DNA of 29,406 nucleotides from Batkoa obscura (Eukaryota): NCBI GenBank assembly GCA_030770535.1, contig JASVEC010000011.1, positions 1,364,001 to 1,393,406 of the forward strand, read 5' to 3'. Shown piece by piece: positions 1 to 10,752 of this stretch (position 1 is its first letter; each line of letters starts with the position of its first letter). The notes under the pieces were generated by a model. It saw only the letters and a program-made list of their open reading frames with translations, ran no database searches and was not told where the DNA came from. The position numbers and the translations under genes were made by a program.

Positions 1-143
1 AATAAATAAACTTTCTATTATTTATAAATATCATTGTATTATACAATTAGATTGCTTTAAAATAACAATTATTTATAATTATTACCTTATTTCCTTGTAA
101 GATATTTTAAAAATGATACTTAGGTTTAACTTATAACTCATAG

Positions 144-151
144 TATAAATA
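144..151 (+). promoter_or_regulatory. Candidate TATA box of the small secreted protein gene
   Basis: TATAAATA ends ~43 bp upstream of ATG 194. The background is very AT-rich, so specificity is low. Confidence 0.35.
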
Positions 152-193
152 CTTTAATGAAATAATTATTTTATATTATCAATTAAATCAAAC

Positions 194-436
194 ATGAAAT
201 TTATTCAATCAATTGCTGCTTTATCTTTTGTACTTCCATTTGTAATGTCTCTTTGTCCTAATCCAAACACTGAACGTTGTAATAAAGGAAATAGTGGAGT
301 TTACTGCTATGATGGTTATAATTGTCCAAGATGCTGGACTTGGAATGATGGGGAATGGGATTGCTATAATATCCTTGCTGATTCTAAATGTACTTTTAGT
401 AGTTGGATTGATATTGATAATCCATATAATTGTTAG
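194..436 (+). CDS. Small secreted cysteine-rich protein (80 aa, 8 Cys), effector/toxin-like, copy A
   Basis: MKFIQSIAALSFVLPFVMS is a typical signal peptide. The ~61-aa mature part has 8 Cys, 4 Trp and 5 Tyr. GC is higher than in the flanks, the start context is AAACATG, AATAAA follows the stop, and an identical copy lies at 18653-18895. Confidence 0.9.
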   Translation: MKFIQSIAALSFVLPFVMSLCPNPNTERCNKGNSGVYCYDGYNCPRCWTWNDGEWDCYNILADSKCTFSSWIDIDNPYNC

Positions 437-608
437 TTTATTTAAATAAACGTTATATCATAATTAAATATTATATTTTCATTTTGATTTTTTATCACTC
501 ATAAAAAAGTTAAAATTTTAAATAATAGTTGTTTACTATTTCTAAAAGCAAAAATCTAATATGAAGCCAGTGTTTAAACTTTTTTATTTTGTTTTATTAT
601 CAACAACA

Positions 609-779
609 TATGAAGGTGTATTTTTTTGTTTAATTTTACTAACAATCTTTCCGTTCAAATAGCGCTTAAAAAATGGAAAAATTAATGAAGCCAAAAAAAA
701 CATTCCCATTTTTTCACTTTTTAAATGTACAATTTGGAGAAAGCGTTAGTAAAAGTTTGAGTAAAAAACACGATATATG
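609..779 (+). mobile_element. MITE-like element, copy 1 (core 609-709, extended into a ~170-bp imperfect fold-back)
   Basis: The core TATGAAGGTGTATTTTTTTGTTTAA..TTTTACTAACAATCTTTCC..AAATAGCGCTTAAAAAATGGAAAAA..AATGAAGCCAAAAAAAACATTCCCAT matches 1788-1892 and the reverse complement of 20755-20858. Bases 708-779 are an imperfect reverse complement of the left half. Confidence 0.65.
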
Positions 780-1305
780 ATTTATAATAAATGATAGTTT
801 ACATCTGTTATTTTCATATAGAATAAAGACTTAACCTTTTTTAGATATTCTTACTTTACTAAAATACTTATAATCTTTTTTAATATATAATAGACTATTT
901 TCAAGTTTTTATTATTATATACTTTTAGCAAGGTTCTTATTTCAATATCATTTATCTTCAAATTTATGTAATATTCATATCTTTTTTATGTTTATCTTAA
1001 ATCATATTGTTGTTTTTAATTATGAAATTAAAGCTGCATAGATTTTTATCAATGAAAAAAGTACAATAATAGCAACGAATTATTAAAATCATTTATAATG
1101 TAGCAATAATTTTACATGAATCTTATAAAAAAATTAAACAATTTACAAAATTGAAACGCTAATGCTTTTTTAGGTATTAAAATTTAATAATAATGATTGA
1201 AGTGACATAAGAACTTATCACAAATTTATAATTCGAACTATAGCACTAAAAGAACAATACTATATAAAATTGAATATCAAAATCTTTGACTTATTTTTTA
1301 AAATA

Positions 1306-2880
1306 ATGCTATTACTATTGCTTTTCGCAAATTTTTTAATATAAAAATCTGAGGCTATAAGACCAAGAGTTCAATATGATGGGTATATAATCATAGAGGA
1401 TGAGCTATATTATTTAGATGAATTTAGTCATGTACCGAATATAAAAATTGATATGATTAATAATCATTTATATAAATTAAGTTAAAAAAAAATTAGTCAA
1501 TAATATAGCTGAATGAGGTAAATATATAATACACTTAATACACTGAAAATGATACCAAATTCAGAGATTTTTTATATTAAGAATGAAAAATAGTTTACTT
1601 CTAGAATAATCTTAATGATTATAATAGCAACTTTTAATTATTTCGATATTAAAAAAATGAATGATATGAGGAATATATAATTAAATAATTTTATTATATA
1701 GATAATAGTTTTGTTTTTAATAAAAGTGGTTTTACATATCATCATATGCTTGATATTTTACAAGATAATGAAAATTTAAACAAATTTTATGTGGATGTAT
1801 TTTTTTGTTTAAGAATTTTACTAACAATCTTTCCGCTGAAATAACGCTTAAAAAATGGAAAAAGTAATGAAGCCAAAAAAAACACCCCCATATAACTAAT
1901 ATATTTTATTATTTAGAATCTTTAGTAACCTTGTTACTAAGTATCGTTTAACATTCAAGCCAAAGAATTAATACTAATTTATGGGCCAAACAAAGGTTAT
2001 TATGTACATCAATTGTTCATAAAAAAACAATAAATTATATTTTGCTGAAGAAGTAAAAGATGTAATCCAACCTACGCTTCTTAATAAAAATATTATATTT
2101 GAACTAAATTTGACATCTTATAATATAGTTGAGCATAAATTCTAATGTAGTATAATTAATAGAATGAATATATTTAAATAAACAATCCATGCATTATAGA
2201 ACAACAGGATTTGATTCTGTATATAGTATTTTTGAAATTCAATTAAATCTATTTAAATTTGAGTCACTAAACAAAACAATTCGAACTGAGAATGATAGAT
2301 GTATTGTTGGCAATGATAATTGTATGATAAGCTCGTTTGATATAATATTAATCGATAATATTAATCATAATACATCTGCTACCAACTTAAAGGATGATAT
2401 CCTCTATGATACCCAGAGCTCAAATAGAATACAAATATATGACATTAAAGCTCGGGAACAAGTCAATGGTGTATTCTTAGTGACATATAATAAGGAAGAA
2501 AAAACAAAGGAAATAACATTAATATTAACTCGTTGGTCGGTAGAGTTGTAGGAGGAATAAGTAGCCTTATTTTAGTAGTAGTTATAGTACTGATATTATA
2601 TAAAGGTAAGTTAAAGAAAAAAAGACATCCAGATTTCATTACTGAACCAATTGCTATCAATCCAGTCAATTTTTTAGACGCTAATGATAATTATCATAAT
2701 TCTGAAATATCTAGTCATTCCCATAAGATTGACAGTGTCATTACAATGTTACCTATGAAGATAGATATTAAATCTGTAAGAGATATAAGTATAATCGAAA
2801 CTGAAGATTCAAATAATATACAAATTGAATATGAAGTCATAATCATATACATAATGTCAGTATATTTTATTGCTCATTGA
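1306..2880 (+). pseudogene. Decayed Kelch/beta-propeller-like type I membrane protein, copy A
   Basis: ATG 1306 reads MLLLLLFANFLI*KSEAIRPRVQYDGYIIIEDELYYLDEFSHVPNIKIDMINNHLYKLS*, a signal peptide plus Kelch-like blade with stops at 1342 and 1514. A MITE is inserted at 1788-1892. ORF fragments 2189-2551 and 2533-2880 follow, the latter with the TM helix GGISSLILVVVIVLILY and basic tail KGKLKKKR. The gene is colinear with 16860-18305(-). Confidence 0.7.
1788..1892 (+). mobile_element. MITE-like element, copy 2, inserted in Kelch-like pseudogene A
   Basis: Imperfect TIRs TATGTGGATGTATTTTTTT and AAAAAAAACACCCCCATA, with TA at both ends. The paralogous position (~17815-17835, - strand, TTAAATGAATTATATATTTT) lacks the element. 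Confidence 0.75.
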
Positions 2881-3607
2881 CATCATATTGCCTTAATTAC
2901 TTTGACTTTTGTTGTAAGCTTTTATTTTATTAATTGTGTTTAGTTTGATATTTTTAAAGAAAGTATGTAAATAAATGTTTATGGACCTACTATTTTTAAT
3001 CTTTTAATTATTTCTCAATTTCTCTTTATTCCCACCTTTCATAATATCTTTTAATTTATTGTAATTTGTTCTTGTTGCATGAAGTCGTCTAATATCTAAA
3101 AAAACAAAGGGTATTATCACTTTTTCTTTTTTCTTTTCGGCGATTATTAATGTAAATCAGGTTTTCAACATGTTCCTTATTATCTAATTTCGACATGAAT
3201 GATAAGGTATAGGTGTTTTTTCATACATAACTTCGATAAAAATTACTACATATTATTTTTATACTCTCTTACATTGCTCTAATTAACTCTTTACTTCGAT
3301 TCCAACTCCTTTTGAAATAATAATCGAAAAGCTATTTGTTCGTCATTGTGTATCCCTTAATATATTACTGCTTACAAATACAAAATAAAATTAGTTTGTA
3401 GCATGAACAAAAATCCAATAAATAGTAAGGGATTTGAATTTAACCTATTTTATTTAATTGGGTATTCTCAGATAAACAAACATAGTTTTGCTATAAAAAA
3501 ATCGTTACACTTTTTTTCAACTATTATTTAAATAGTAATAGCAATTATTTGAGTATATTGGTCATGCTGTATAGTAACTTGTAATATTTTTAAAAGTTTT
3601 TAACTCT

Positions 3608-5395
3608 ATGGAAAACCAAAACATCTTAGAAATCACCAAAAGAAGGTATAGATGCGATCAATGCTCCAAAAGCCACTTCAAATGCGATAAGCTGTTACCT
3701 AAATGTTCAAAATGTACAAAAAGGAATATTGAATGTACTTTAGGTAGAAAGCTCATATATAATAAAAAGGATGAAGCGGAATGTGAAGTGGGAATCAAGG
3801 TAGTTCATGTTAAATTTAGGAATGTTTCTAATGCCAATTTTAAAGCCAAGGTTACTTCAAAAGTCAATTTAATTCCTGTAAAAGAAAATGCATTTATTTC
3901 AGAGTCATTTGAACTTAATGGAACTAAAAATCAATTGATAAAGTTACCAAAGGATTATAATTTCTCATACAATGTTCTAGGGATTTTTAACAAATTTAAA
4001 AGGAAAATATTATTGGAGAATTTGTTAAACTTTATTCAAAACCCATCCCCATTTTTTCCTAGCAAAGGTTTAAATCTTTTTATTATATTAACAGATAAAT
4101 TAGGGCTATTGATGTCTAAACCTAGAAAATTAGCCTTTATACCTGAGATACCAAATGAAGCTACATTTAATATCGGATCAATCTTAAAGCAAGCTATAGT
4201 CAATTATTTCAAATTTGTTAATACAACATTTCCTTTATTTGATGAAACAAGGTTTAACTTTCTTTCATGCCCATTTAATTTGAAATCAGCAATACTTGTA
4301 GGTGGTCTTTTGCATATGGAACAAACAGATACAGTAAAGAATTTGATCAAATATTTCGAGGGAAAGCTTTATAACCTACTTTCAAACATTCCTAGAATCA
4401 AACCTAAATTAGAAAATATACAAACAATACTTATATTATTAAGCGGGATAACTTGTTTTCAGTGGCTCAATAATCTCAAGGAATCCCTTTTATTTTATTG
4501 CTATAGGATTTCGTTTATAGTAGGATTAAATAAATCATCAAAAAAATTATCGAAAAATACCAATATTGAACGACTATATACCTATTGCATACTAAATTCA
4601 TATCATAACGGAACATTGTTAACAGCTGGATCATATATTGCTGAACCTACACTTCCATTAGAGTTAAAGAAACTAGATAATTATTACGCAAGTAAATTTT
4701 CTAACCATAGTTTTGATTTCAACAAAGAAGATAAAGATATTCAACGATATTGTTTTTTGAAGCTACAAGGATTTTACTATGTAATTAGTACATTATTTTT
4801 TGATTTACGCTTAATTAAAGAGAAAAAGATAAAAGAAACACAAGACCATATAAAATTCAACAATTTCCTAAAGAGACTTTCATTCAAACTATTTTTAGTT
4901 AAAGATAAGTATATCGCTGCTATGGATGATATTTTACCATTTATAGATAATCAAACTTTAAAAGCAACTATTGAAGATTATCAAAATTGTGTTAATTACT
5001 TTTTTCATCATATTAACTTCTGGATTTACTCTATTCAATTCAATGTGTCAAAGGAAAGAAAGATTTATGAATATGAAGAATTTGAAGGGAGCAAAAACAT
5101 TAATAAAAGTGTGTCGGATTATGTTAAAACTATACTTAAACAGTGTTATTCTGTAATTGATAGTGCTATTATAATTCCTCATAGGTATACACTTACCCTT
5201 GATTGCCCTCTTATTTCTACATGTTTAGTTTTTATGATACGATATGGAAGAAATGATAATGAGGCTATAATGTACATTAAAAAAGGGAAAGAATTATTGG
5301 AATCTTTATTAAGTATACCTTCTGCTATGGGGATGTGTCGATTTAATTTGAAATTAATCGAAATTATTGATGCATCTTTAAAGTCTCCCATGTAA
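3608..5395 (+). CDS. Zn(II)2Cys6 binuclear-cluster transcription factor with fungal middle-homology region, copy A (595 aa)
   Basis: CDQCSKSHFKCDKLLPKCSKCTKRNIEC fits C-x2-C-x6-C-x6-C-x2-C-x6-C. YFKFVNTTFPLFDE is an MHR-type motif. The ORF is intact and intronless. Confidence 0.93.
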   Translation: MENQNILEITKRRYRCDQCSKSHFKCDKLLPKCSKCTKRNIECTLGRKLIYNKKDEAECEVGIKVVHVKFRNVSNANFKAKVTSKVNLIPVKENAFISESFELNGTKNQLIKLPKDYNFSYNVLGIFNKFKRKILLENLLNFIQNPSPFFPSKGLNLFIILTDKLGLLMSKPRKLAFIPEIPNEATFNIGSILKQAIVNYFKFVNTTFPLFDETRFNFLSCPFNLKSAILVGGLLHMEQTDTVKNLIKYFEGKLYNLLSNIPRIKPKLENIQTILILLSGITCFQWLNNLKESLLFYCYRISFIVGLNKSSKKLSKNTNIERLYTYCILNSYHNGTLLTAGSYIAEPTLPLELKKLDNYYASKFSNHSFDFNKEDKDIQRYCFLKLQGFYYVISTLFFDLRLIKEKKIKETQDHIKFNNFLKRLSFKLFLVKDKYIAAMDDILPFIDNQTLKATIEDYQNCVNYFFHHINFWIYSIQFNVSKERKIYEYEEFEGSKNINKSVSDYVKTILKQCYSVIDSAIIIPHRYTLTLDCPLISTCLVFMIRYGRNDNEAIMYIKKGKELLESLLSIPSAMGMCRFNLKLIEIIDASLKSPM

Positions 5396-7580
5396 ATATT
5401 AAAAGAACACTCACTTTGAAGTAGTACTTTTAACATTCTATACAAATCTATTGCTTGTCAAATTTCTATCTTGTTTTTTCCAGATCGAATCTTTGTTTAA
5501 AGTATAGATATCATATACACATTTAATAAATGAACATTTTATTATAAAGTTTTTACTAATTAAAAGCATTATAAAAACAGTTATAAAAAATAGAGACGCG
5601 GTAAGTAAATACATATTATCCAAAATTTATGTAACCTTTTTATTTAATTTTATTGTTTAAATGTTTAGCATTCCTCTATAAAATTAAATAAAGAAATCAC
5701 TTACTTATAGCTTTAAATTTAAAGTTAAAGTTAAATTAGATAAAATTAGTCATTTACCTATAATCAACTTTTTAATATTAAATAGCAACTTATATACATT
5801 TATAAAAAATGTTGAATAGTTAAACTACAATTGTTAGTTTTTAAATAATAAATTTCAAATGCTAATAGAAGTTATTTAAAAAACTGAGTTAGAAAATAAA
5901 TGTGTAAAATAAATAAAAGTTAGTTTAATTAATGCAAATAAGTAATATCTTTACATTGCTATTATTTTCAATAATGGATAACTAAAAATAAACCAATTTA
6001 TAAAAACTACAATGTCTTAACATTTGATATATTTAAATTTAAATTATCAAATTTATTATTAAATTGACAAACATTTATTAGCATACTATAATCGATAACT
6101 TTATGATAAGTTTATTAAAAAAATAAAAATAATTTTTTATATTTACAAATTTAAGATTTTTTTATAAAATATAAAAAAATTAAAAGCAATTAATTTATAA
6201 AAATTTACTTTTATCATTTTCAAACATAAGAAACTTATAAAGTATTAAGCTAATAATTAAAAATCAAACAATTTAAAATATTTGCATAAATTGAATTGTG
6301 TAATAGATACCAGTGTTATTATTAAATTGATATTAATTTTTTATAACATAAGGTGTATTATTTGAATACAACTTTTAATTACGAAAAGTGGATTTAATTT
6401 AAAACTAGACTGGAATTTAAATCTTAATCTAATTTCGAAGATTTGGGGAAATGGCATAAAGAAGTTTGCATAAAAGCTTAATTTATTTTAAAGTAATTTC
6501 CAATACATTTAAGTTTTTTAGATTGCAGATGGCTTCAGTTTTAATTATAAGGCATGAATTATTGACATATTATTAAATATTGTGTTTTATTTGTAAAAGT
6601 TGATGTTTTTATTAAAAGTTAAAATACTTTTATTAATTATCAATTAGATTTATTACATTGTATTATTTATATTCAAAGGCTTTAATAAATAGCAGTCGCA
6701 GAATTCAATGTGGTTTATTATTTATTTTAAATAAGAAGTTGATTTGATTTTTTGAATTGATGTTAATTTTTTGTTGTAATGATTCTGAAACAAGAATATT
6801 CGTTTATTCTTTAACTTCTTACTAAGTAAAAAAGGGTGCAACATAAAAACAGATAACTTGTATTAACTTCGTATCTTGAAAAATAGCTTCAAAGATAATA
6901 AAACATTTATAACTCAATAACTAAACTTTATTTATTTATTTCATATATTAGAATAACTTTTTATAATTATTTTTAAAAATAACTAATAGTAACTTAAAGC
7001 GTTAAGAAATTTAAAATTTGACTATTTTTGTTGATTTTTGATTCTAGTCCTGCTCTTAATTTATTCCTGTGATGATGTAATCTCGGAAGGATGAATTCAT
7101 CGCTTTTTTAAGAAATGATCATTAACAACGAGTATCTGAGAAAATAAATTTAAAGTAATTTATTAAAAATTAATCAAAATAATCAAATAAATAGGGAAAT
7201 TAAGTAATAATGATGGAATTAACATAGTATTAATATAATAGTAGATAATAGAAAATAGTATAATATTGATAAATAACAACCTATAATAATAAAATAATAC
7301 AACAGATATAAATTCAAGAATAACTGAAACAATGATTTAAAAAGAATATTCTAAATGGGACCTAGATTTTAAGTATTTATTACTTAATATCTACATTATT
7401 AATTCTTATGCACACATCAAACGAAGTGACTCAGCTTTAAACTCAATATAAAACTATATAAACAAATTCAAATTACATTTAGTAACTAATTGTTTTTATA
7501 CATATAATAAAAGGTAGACTACCATAATTGAAATCAAACGACAATAAAATAACCATCATAATTTTCTAGTTGACTAAAAT

Positions 7581-10562
7581 ATGCCGTTTAAAAACAAAGA
7601 AAAAAAACCTATACAAGTAACTGATAGTTACTATCACACTATGAGTATAGATGAAGTTTTAAATCTTTACTCTACAGATTTAGAAGAAGGTTTAAACTCA
7701 GATCAAATCAAAGAATTATCCCAAAAATACGGGTTAAATGAACTTTCTGGTAATTCTGGCGTATCTCCTTGGAAAATTTTATTACGTCAGGTTGCCAATA
7801 TACTAACAGTAATCTTAGTTATTGCCATGGCAATAGCGTTTGCTTCCCAAGATTGGATAGAGGGTGGTGTAATTGCATTTATTATTATTACAAATGCAAC
7901 AATTGGTTTTATGCAAGAATATCGTGCAGAAAAAACTATGGAATCTTTAAGAAGGTTGGCTTCTCCTACTACCAATGTTATACGTAGTGGTCATCGTTGT
8001 AAAGTATCTACAAATCAATTGGTACCTGGTGATATTATCATCCTTGAAAATGGTGATGTGGTTGGTGCTGATGCACGTGTTGTTGAACAATTTAATCTTT
8101 CTATTGACGAAGCTTTACTCACTGGTGAATCTGTTCCAGTTGAAAAAACAGTTGAAACTATCATTGAAAAAGATGCTCCAGTAGGTGACAGAACCAATCT
8201 CACCTTTTCTAGTACAACTGTAACTAGAGGGCGTGGTACTGCCATTGTAGTTGCTACCGGTATGGATACTGAAATTGGTAAAATTGCAAGAACCTTAAAT
8301 GATTCTGAAGGTAGTCAAAAAACTTCATTACAAAAAACTATGGATCGTATGGCATTAGCAGTCTTTGGGATGGCCATTTTATTAGCTATCATTGTATTCT
8401 CGGTCAACAGCTGGGTAATTGAAAAGAACGTTGCTATCTATGCTGTTGCTGTATCGATTGCTATTATTCCAGAAGGTTTGATTGCTGTTATCACTTTGAC
8501 TATGGCTGCTGGTGTACGTAATATGGCAAAAAACAGAGCCATTATTCGTCAATTAACTGCTTTAGAAACTTTAGGCTCTGTTACTAATATCTGCTCAGAT
8601 AAAACTGGTACTTTGACCCAAGCTAAAATGGTGCTCACTCGTTTTTGGTTACCAGGTTATGGCTATTTTTCTGTAACCGGTGCTGGCTATAACCCTGTTG
8701 GCGATGTATTACAAGAAGGTGAAACTCCAGATGATTCATTAATTAGAAGTTATGGTGAAGGAAATAGCAATAATGTAACTAAACTTTCTTCTGATGGGTT
8801 AACAGATCAATCTTTAAGATTAGTTCAAGTTGCTTCTTTGTGTAATATGGCCAAACTAAAGAAAGACAAAGCTAGTGGAGAATGGATTGGATTAGGTGAT
8901 CCTACTGAAAATTCTCTCCAAGCTTTTGCTCATAAATTTGATATGGGACAACCTAATCTCATTAAAGCTAATGGCGATCATCAGTTTGAATTATTAGCTG
9001 AATTTCCTTTTGATTCAAGTATAAAATTGATGACAGTTGTATACTTACATTACCCAACTCAGAAAAAATATGCTTTTACTAAAGGTGCCATGGAACGTGT
9101 GCTTGAAAAATGTAATAGCTATTTGAACCAAAGTACCTCTTTACCTATTGACTCCTTTGATCATTTAAAAAATCTTTATACTCCACATATGGAACATTTG
9201 GCTAGTCAAGGTCTAAGGACATTATGTACTGCTTATCGTGATATCACAAATGAATTTGATAAAACAACACCTGGAGATTATACCCGTGATCAAGTTGAAT
9301 CAAACCTTACTGCTATTGGTTTAGTAGGTATCTATGACCCTCCTCGCCCAGAATCTCGCTCTTCAGTATTAGAATGTCACAAAGCTGGTATCAGCGTTCA
9401 TATGCTTACTGGTGATCATCCAGCTACTGCTACTGCCATTGCTAGAGATGTTGGTATTGTTCCACAAGGCACCAAAGCACCAGGACATACCTCTCTTAAT
9501 GTTGGTAATAACTTAGTGATGACAGCTCAACAATTCGATGCTCTCAGTGAAGAAGAAATTGATAATATGGTTGAACTACCGAATGTTATTGCTAGATGTA
9601 GTCCGGATACTAAAGTTAAAATGATAAGAGCACTTCATAGACGTAATAGAGTAGCTGCTATGACTGGAGATGGTGTCAATGACTCCCCTTCCCTTAAGAT
9701 TGCTAATGTAGGAATTGGTATGGGGCTTTCTGGATCAGATGTTGCTAAACAAGCATCAGATATTGTACTTACAGATGATAATTTTGCAACTATTGTTAAA
9801 GCTGTAGAAGAAGGCAGAAGGATTTTCGAGAATATTGTCAAGTTTGTTTTACATTTGATGTCTGGTAATGCCTCTGAAATTGTAGCTTTAGTTATTGGTC
9901 TTTGCTTTACAGATAATGCTGGGAAATCAGTATTCCCTATGTCTCCAATTCAAATCCTTTTTTTAAATATGATCACTTCATCCCCACCTGCTATGGGCTT
10001 AGGATTAGAACCTGCTCACAAAAAAGCTATGCTTAAACCCCCACGCCCAGTTAAAGGTGGCTTATTTACTTGGGAAGTTATTTTGGATATTATGTACTTT
10101 GGGTTGATTATGGGAGGTTTAGCCTTAGTTAATTTCGTCATGGTTGTATTCGTATTCGGTAATGGGAATCTTGGAAGTGGATGTAATGATCATTATAGTG
10201 AAGACTGCGAATTGGTATTCCGAGCTCGTGCAGCTTCTTATGCTTGTCTCACATTACTGATTTTATTACATGCCTTTAATTGCCGTTCTTTACGCCAATC
10301 TTCTTGGTCAATGAAAGCACTTAGATCTCTCAAAAATAATCGCTTCCTACTATTTTCAGTAATTTTTGGAGCATTACTATTAATACCGGCCATTTATATC
10401 CCAGGATTAAACCACGAAGTATTTAGACATGCGCCTATTGATTGGGAATGGATTATGATCTTTATATCTTGTATTGTGTTCTTGATGTTGTCGGAAGGAT
10501 TTAAATGGTTTAAACGTAGCTATTTCAAATCTAACTTAGTTTATACTGAAGACGACGAATAA
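7581..10562 (+). CDS. ENA1: ENA-type (P-type IID) Na+/K+ efflux ATPase (993 aa)
   Basis: Contains TGES, IPEGL, the CSDKTGTLT phosphorylation site, FTKGA, YDPPRPES, MLTGDHPATA and the ENA-type MTGDGVNDSPSLK, with ~10 TM segments. The ORF is intronless. Confidence 0.92.
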   Translation: MPFKNKEKKPIQVTDSYYHTMSIDEVLNLYSTDLEEGLNSDQIKELSQKYGLNELSGNSGVSPWKILLRQVANILTVILVIAMAIAFASQDWIEGGVIAFIIITNATIGFMQEYRAEKTMESLRRLASPTTNVIRSGHRCKVSTNQLVPGDIIILENGDVVGADARVVEQFNLSIDEALLTGESVPVEKTVETIIEKDAPVGDRTNLTFSSTTVTRGRGTAIVVATGMDTEIGKIARTLNDSEGSQKTSLQKTMDRMALAVFGMAILLAIIVFSVNSWVIEKNVAIYAVAVSIAIIPEGLIAVITLTMAAGVRNMAKNRAIIRQLTALETLGSVTNICSDKTGTLTQAKMVLTRFWLPGYGYFSVTGAGYNPVGDVLQEGETPDDSLIRSYGEGNSNNVTKLSSDGLTDQSLRLVQVASLCNMAKLKKDKASGEWIGLGDPTENSLQAFAHKFDMGQPNLIKANGDHQFELLAEFPFDSSIKLMTVVYLHYPTQKKYAFTKGAMERVLEKCNSYLNQSTSLPIDSFDHLKNLYTPHMEHLASQGLRTLCTAYRDITNEFDKTTPGDYTRDQVESNLTAIGLVGIYDPPRPESRSSVLECHKAGISVHMLTGDHPATATAIARDVGIVPQGTKAPGHTSLNVGNNLVMTAQQFDALSEEEIDNMVELPNVIARCSPDTKVKMIRALHRRNRVAAMTGDGVNDSPSLKIANVGIGMGLSGSDVAKQASDIVLTDDNFATIVKAVEEGRRIFENIVKFVLHLMSGNASEIVALVIGLCFTDNAGKSVFPMSPIQILFLNMITSSPPAMGLGLEPAHKKAMLKPPRPVKGGLFTWEVILDIMYFGLIMGGLALVNFVMVVFVFGNGNLGSGCNDHYSEDCELVFRARAASYACLTLLILLHAFNCRSLRQSSWSMKALRSLKNNRFLLFSVIFGALLLIPAIYIPGLNHEVFRHAPIDWEWIMIFISCIVFLMLSEGFKWFKRSYFKSNLVYTEDDE

Positions 10563-10752
10563 GATAATTTACAACTATTTAATATATCAATAAAAAAGAA
10601 AATAATTATTGAAACAAATTATTTATTTACTGCTAAAAAGTGTTTTATCATTTATCTAGTTTAAGCCATTTCAAAATAATTTTTATAAGAATAAGTAATA
10701 AAACTTTGAAGATAACTTATATTTTAAATATTTTATTTTAATATAAACAAGT

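Larger units (their letters stand above)
1..477 (+). repeat. Left arm of a long inverted repeat (partner 18612-19088); may extend beyond the window start
   Basis: Position i pairs with 19089-i. I found no mismatch by eye from base 1 through 477. Identity stops at 478, 41 bp past the stop codon of the enclosed gene. Confidence 0.95.

Noticed and set aside
7769..9841. Short alternative-frame and antisense ORFs inside ENA, and similar ones within the TF, F-box and ALDH7 genes (e.g. 24848-25108, 25517-25714, 16183-16368)
   Set aside because: They are shadows of real genes with no independent motifs.
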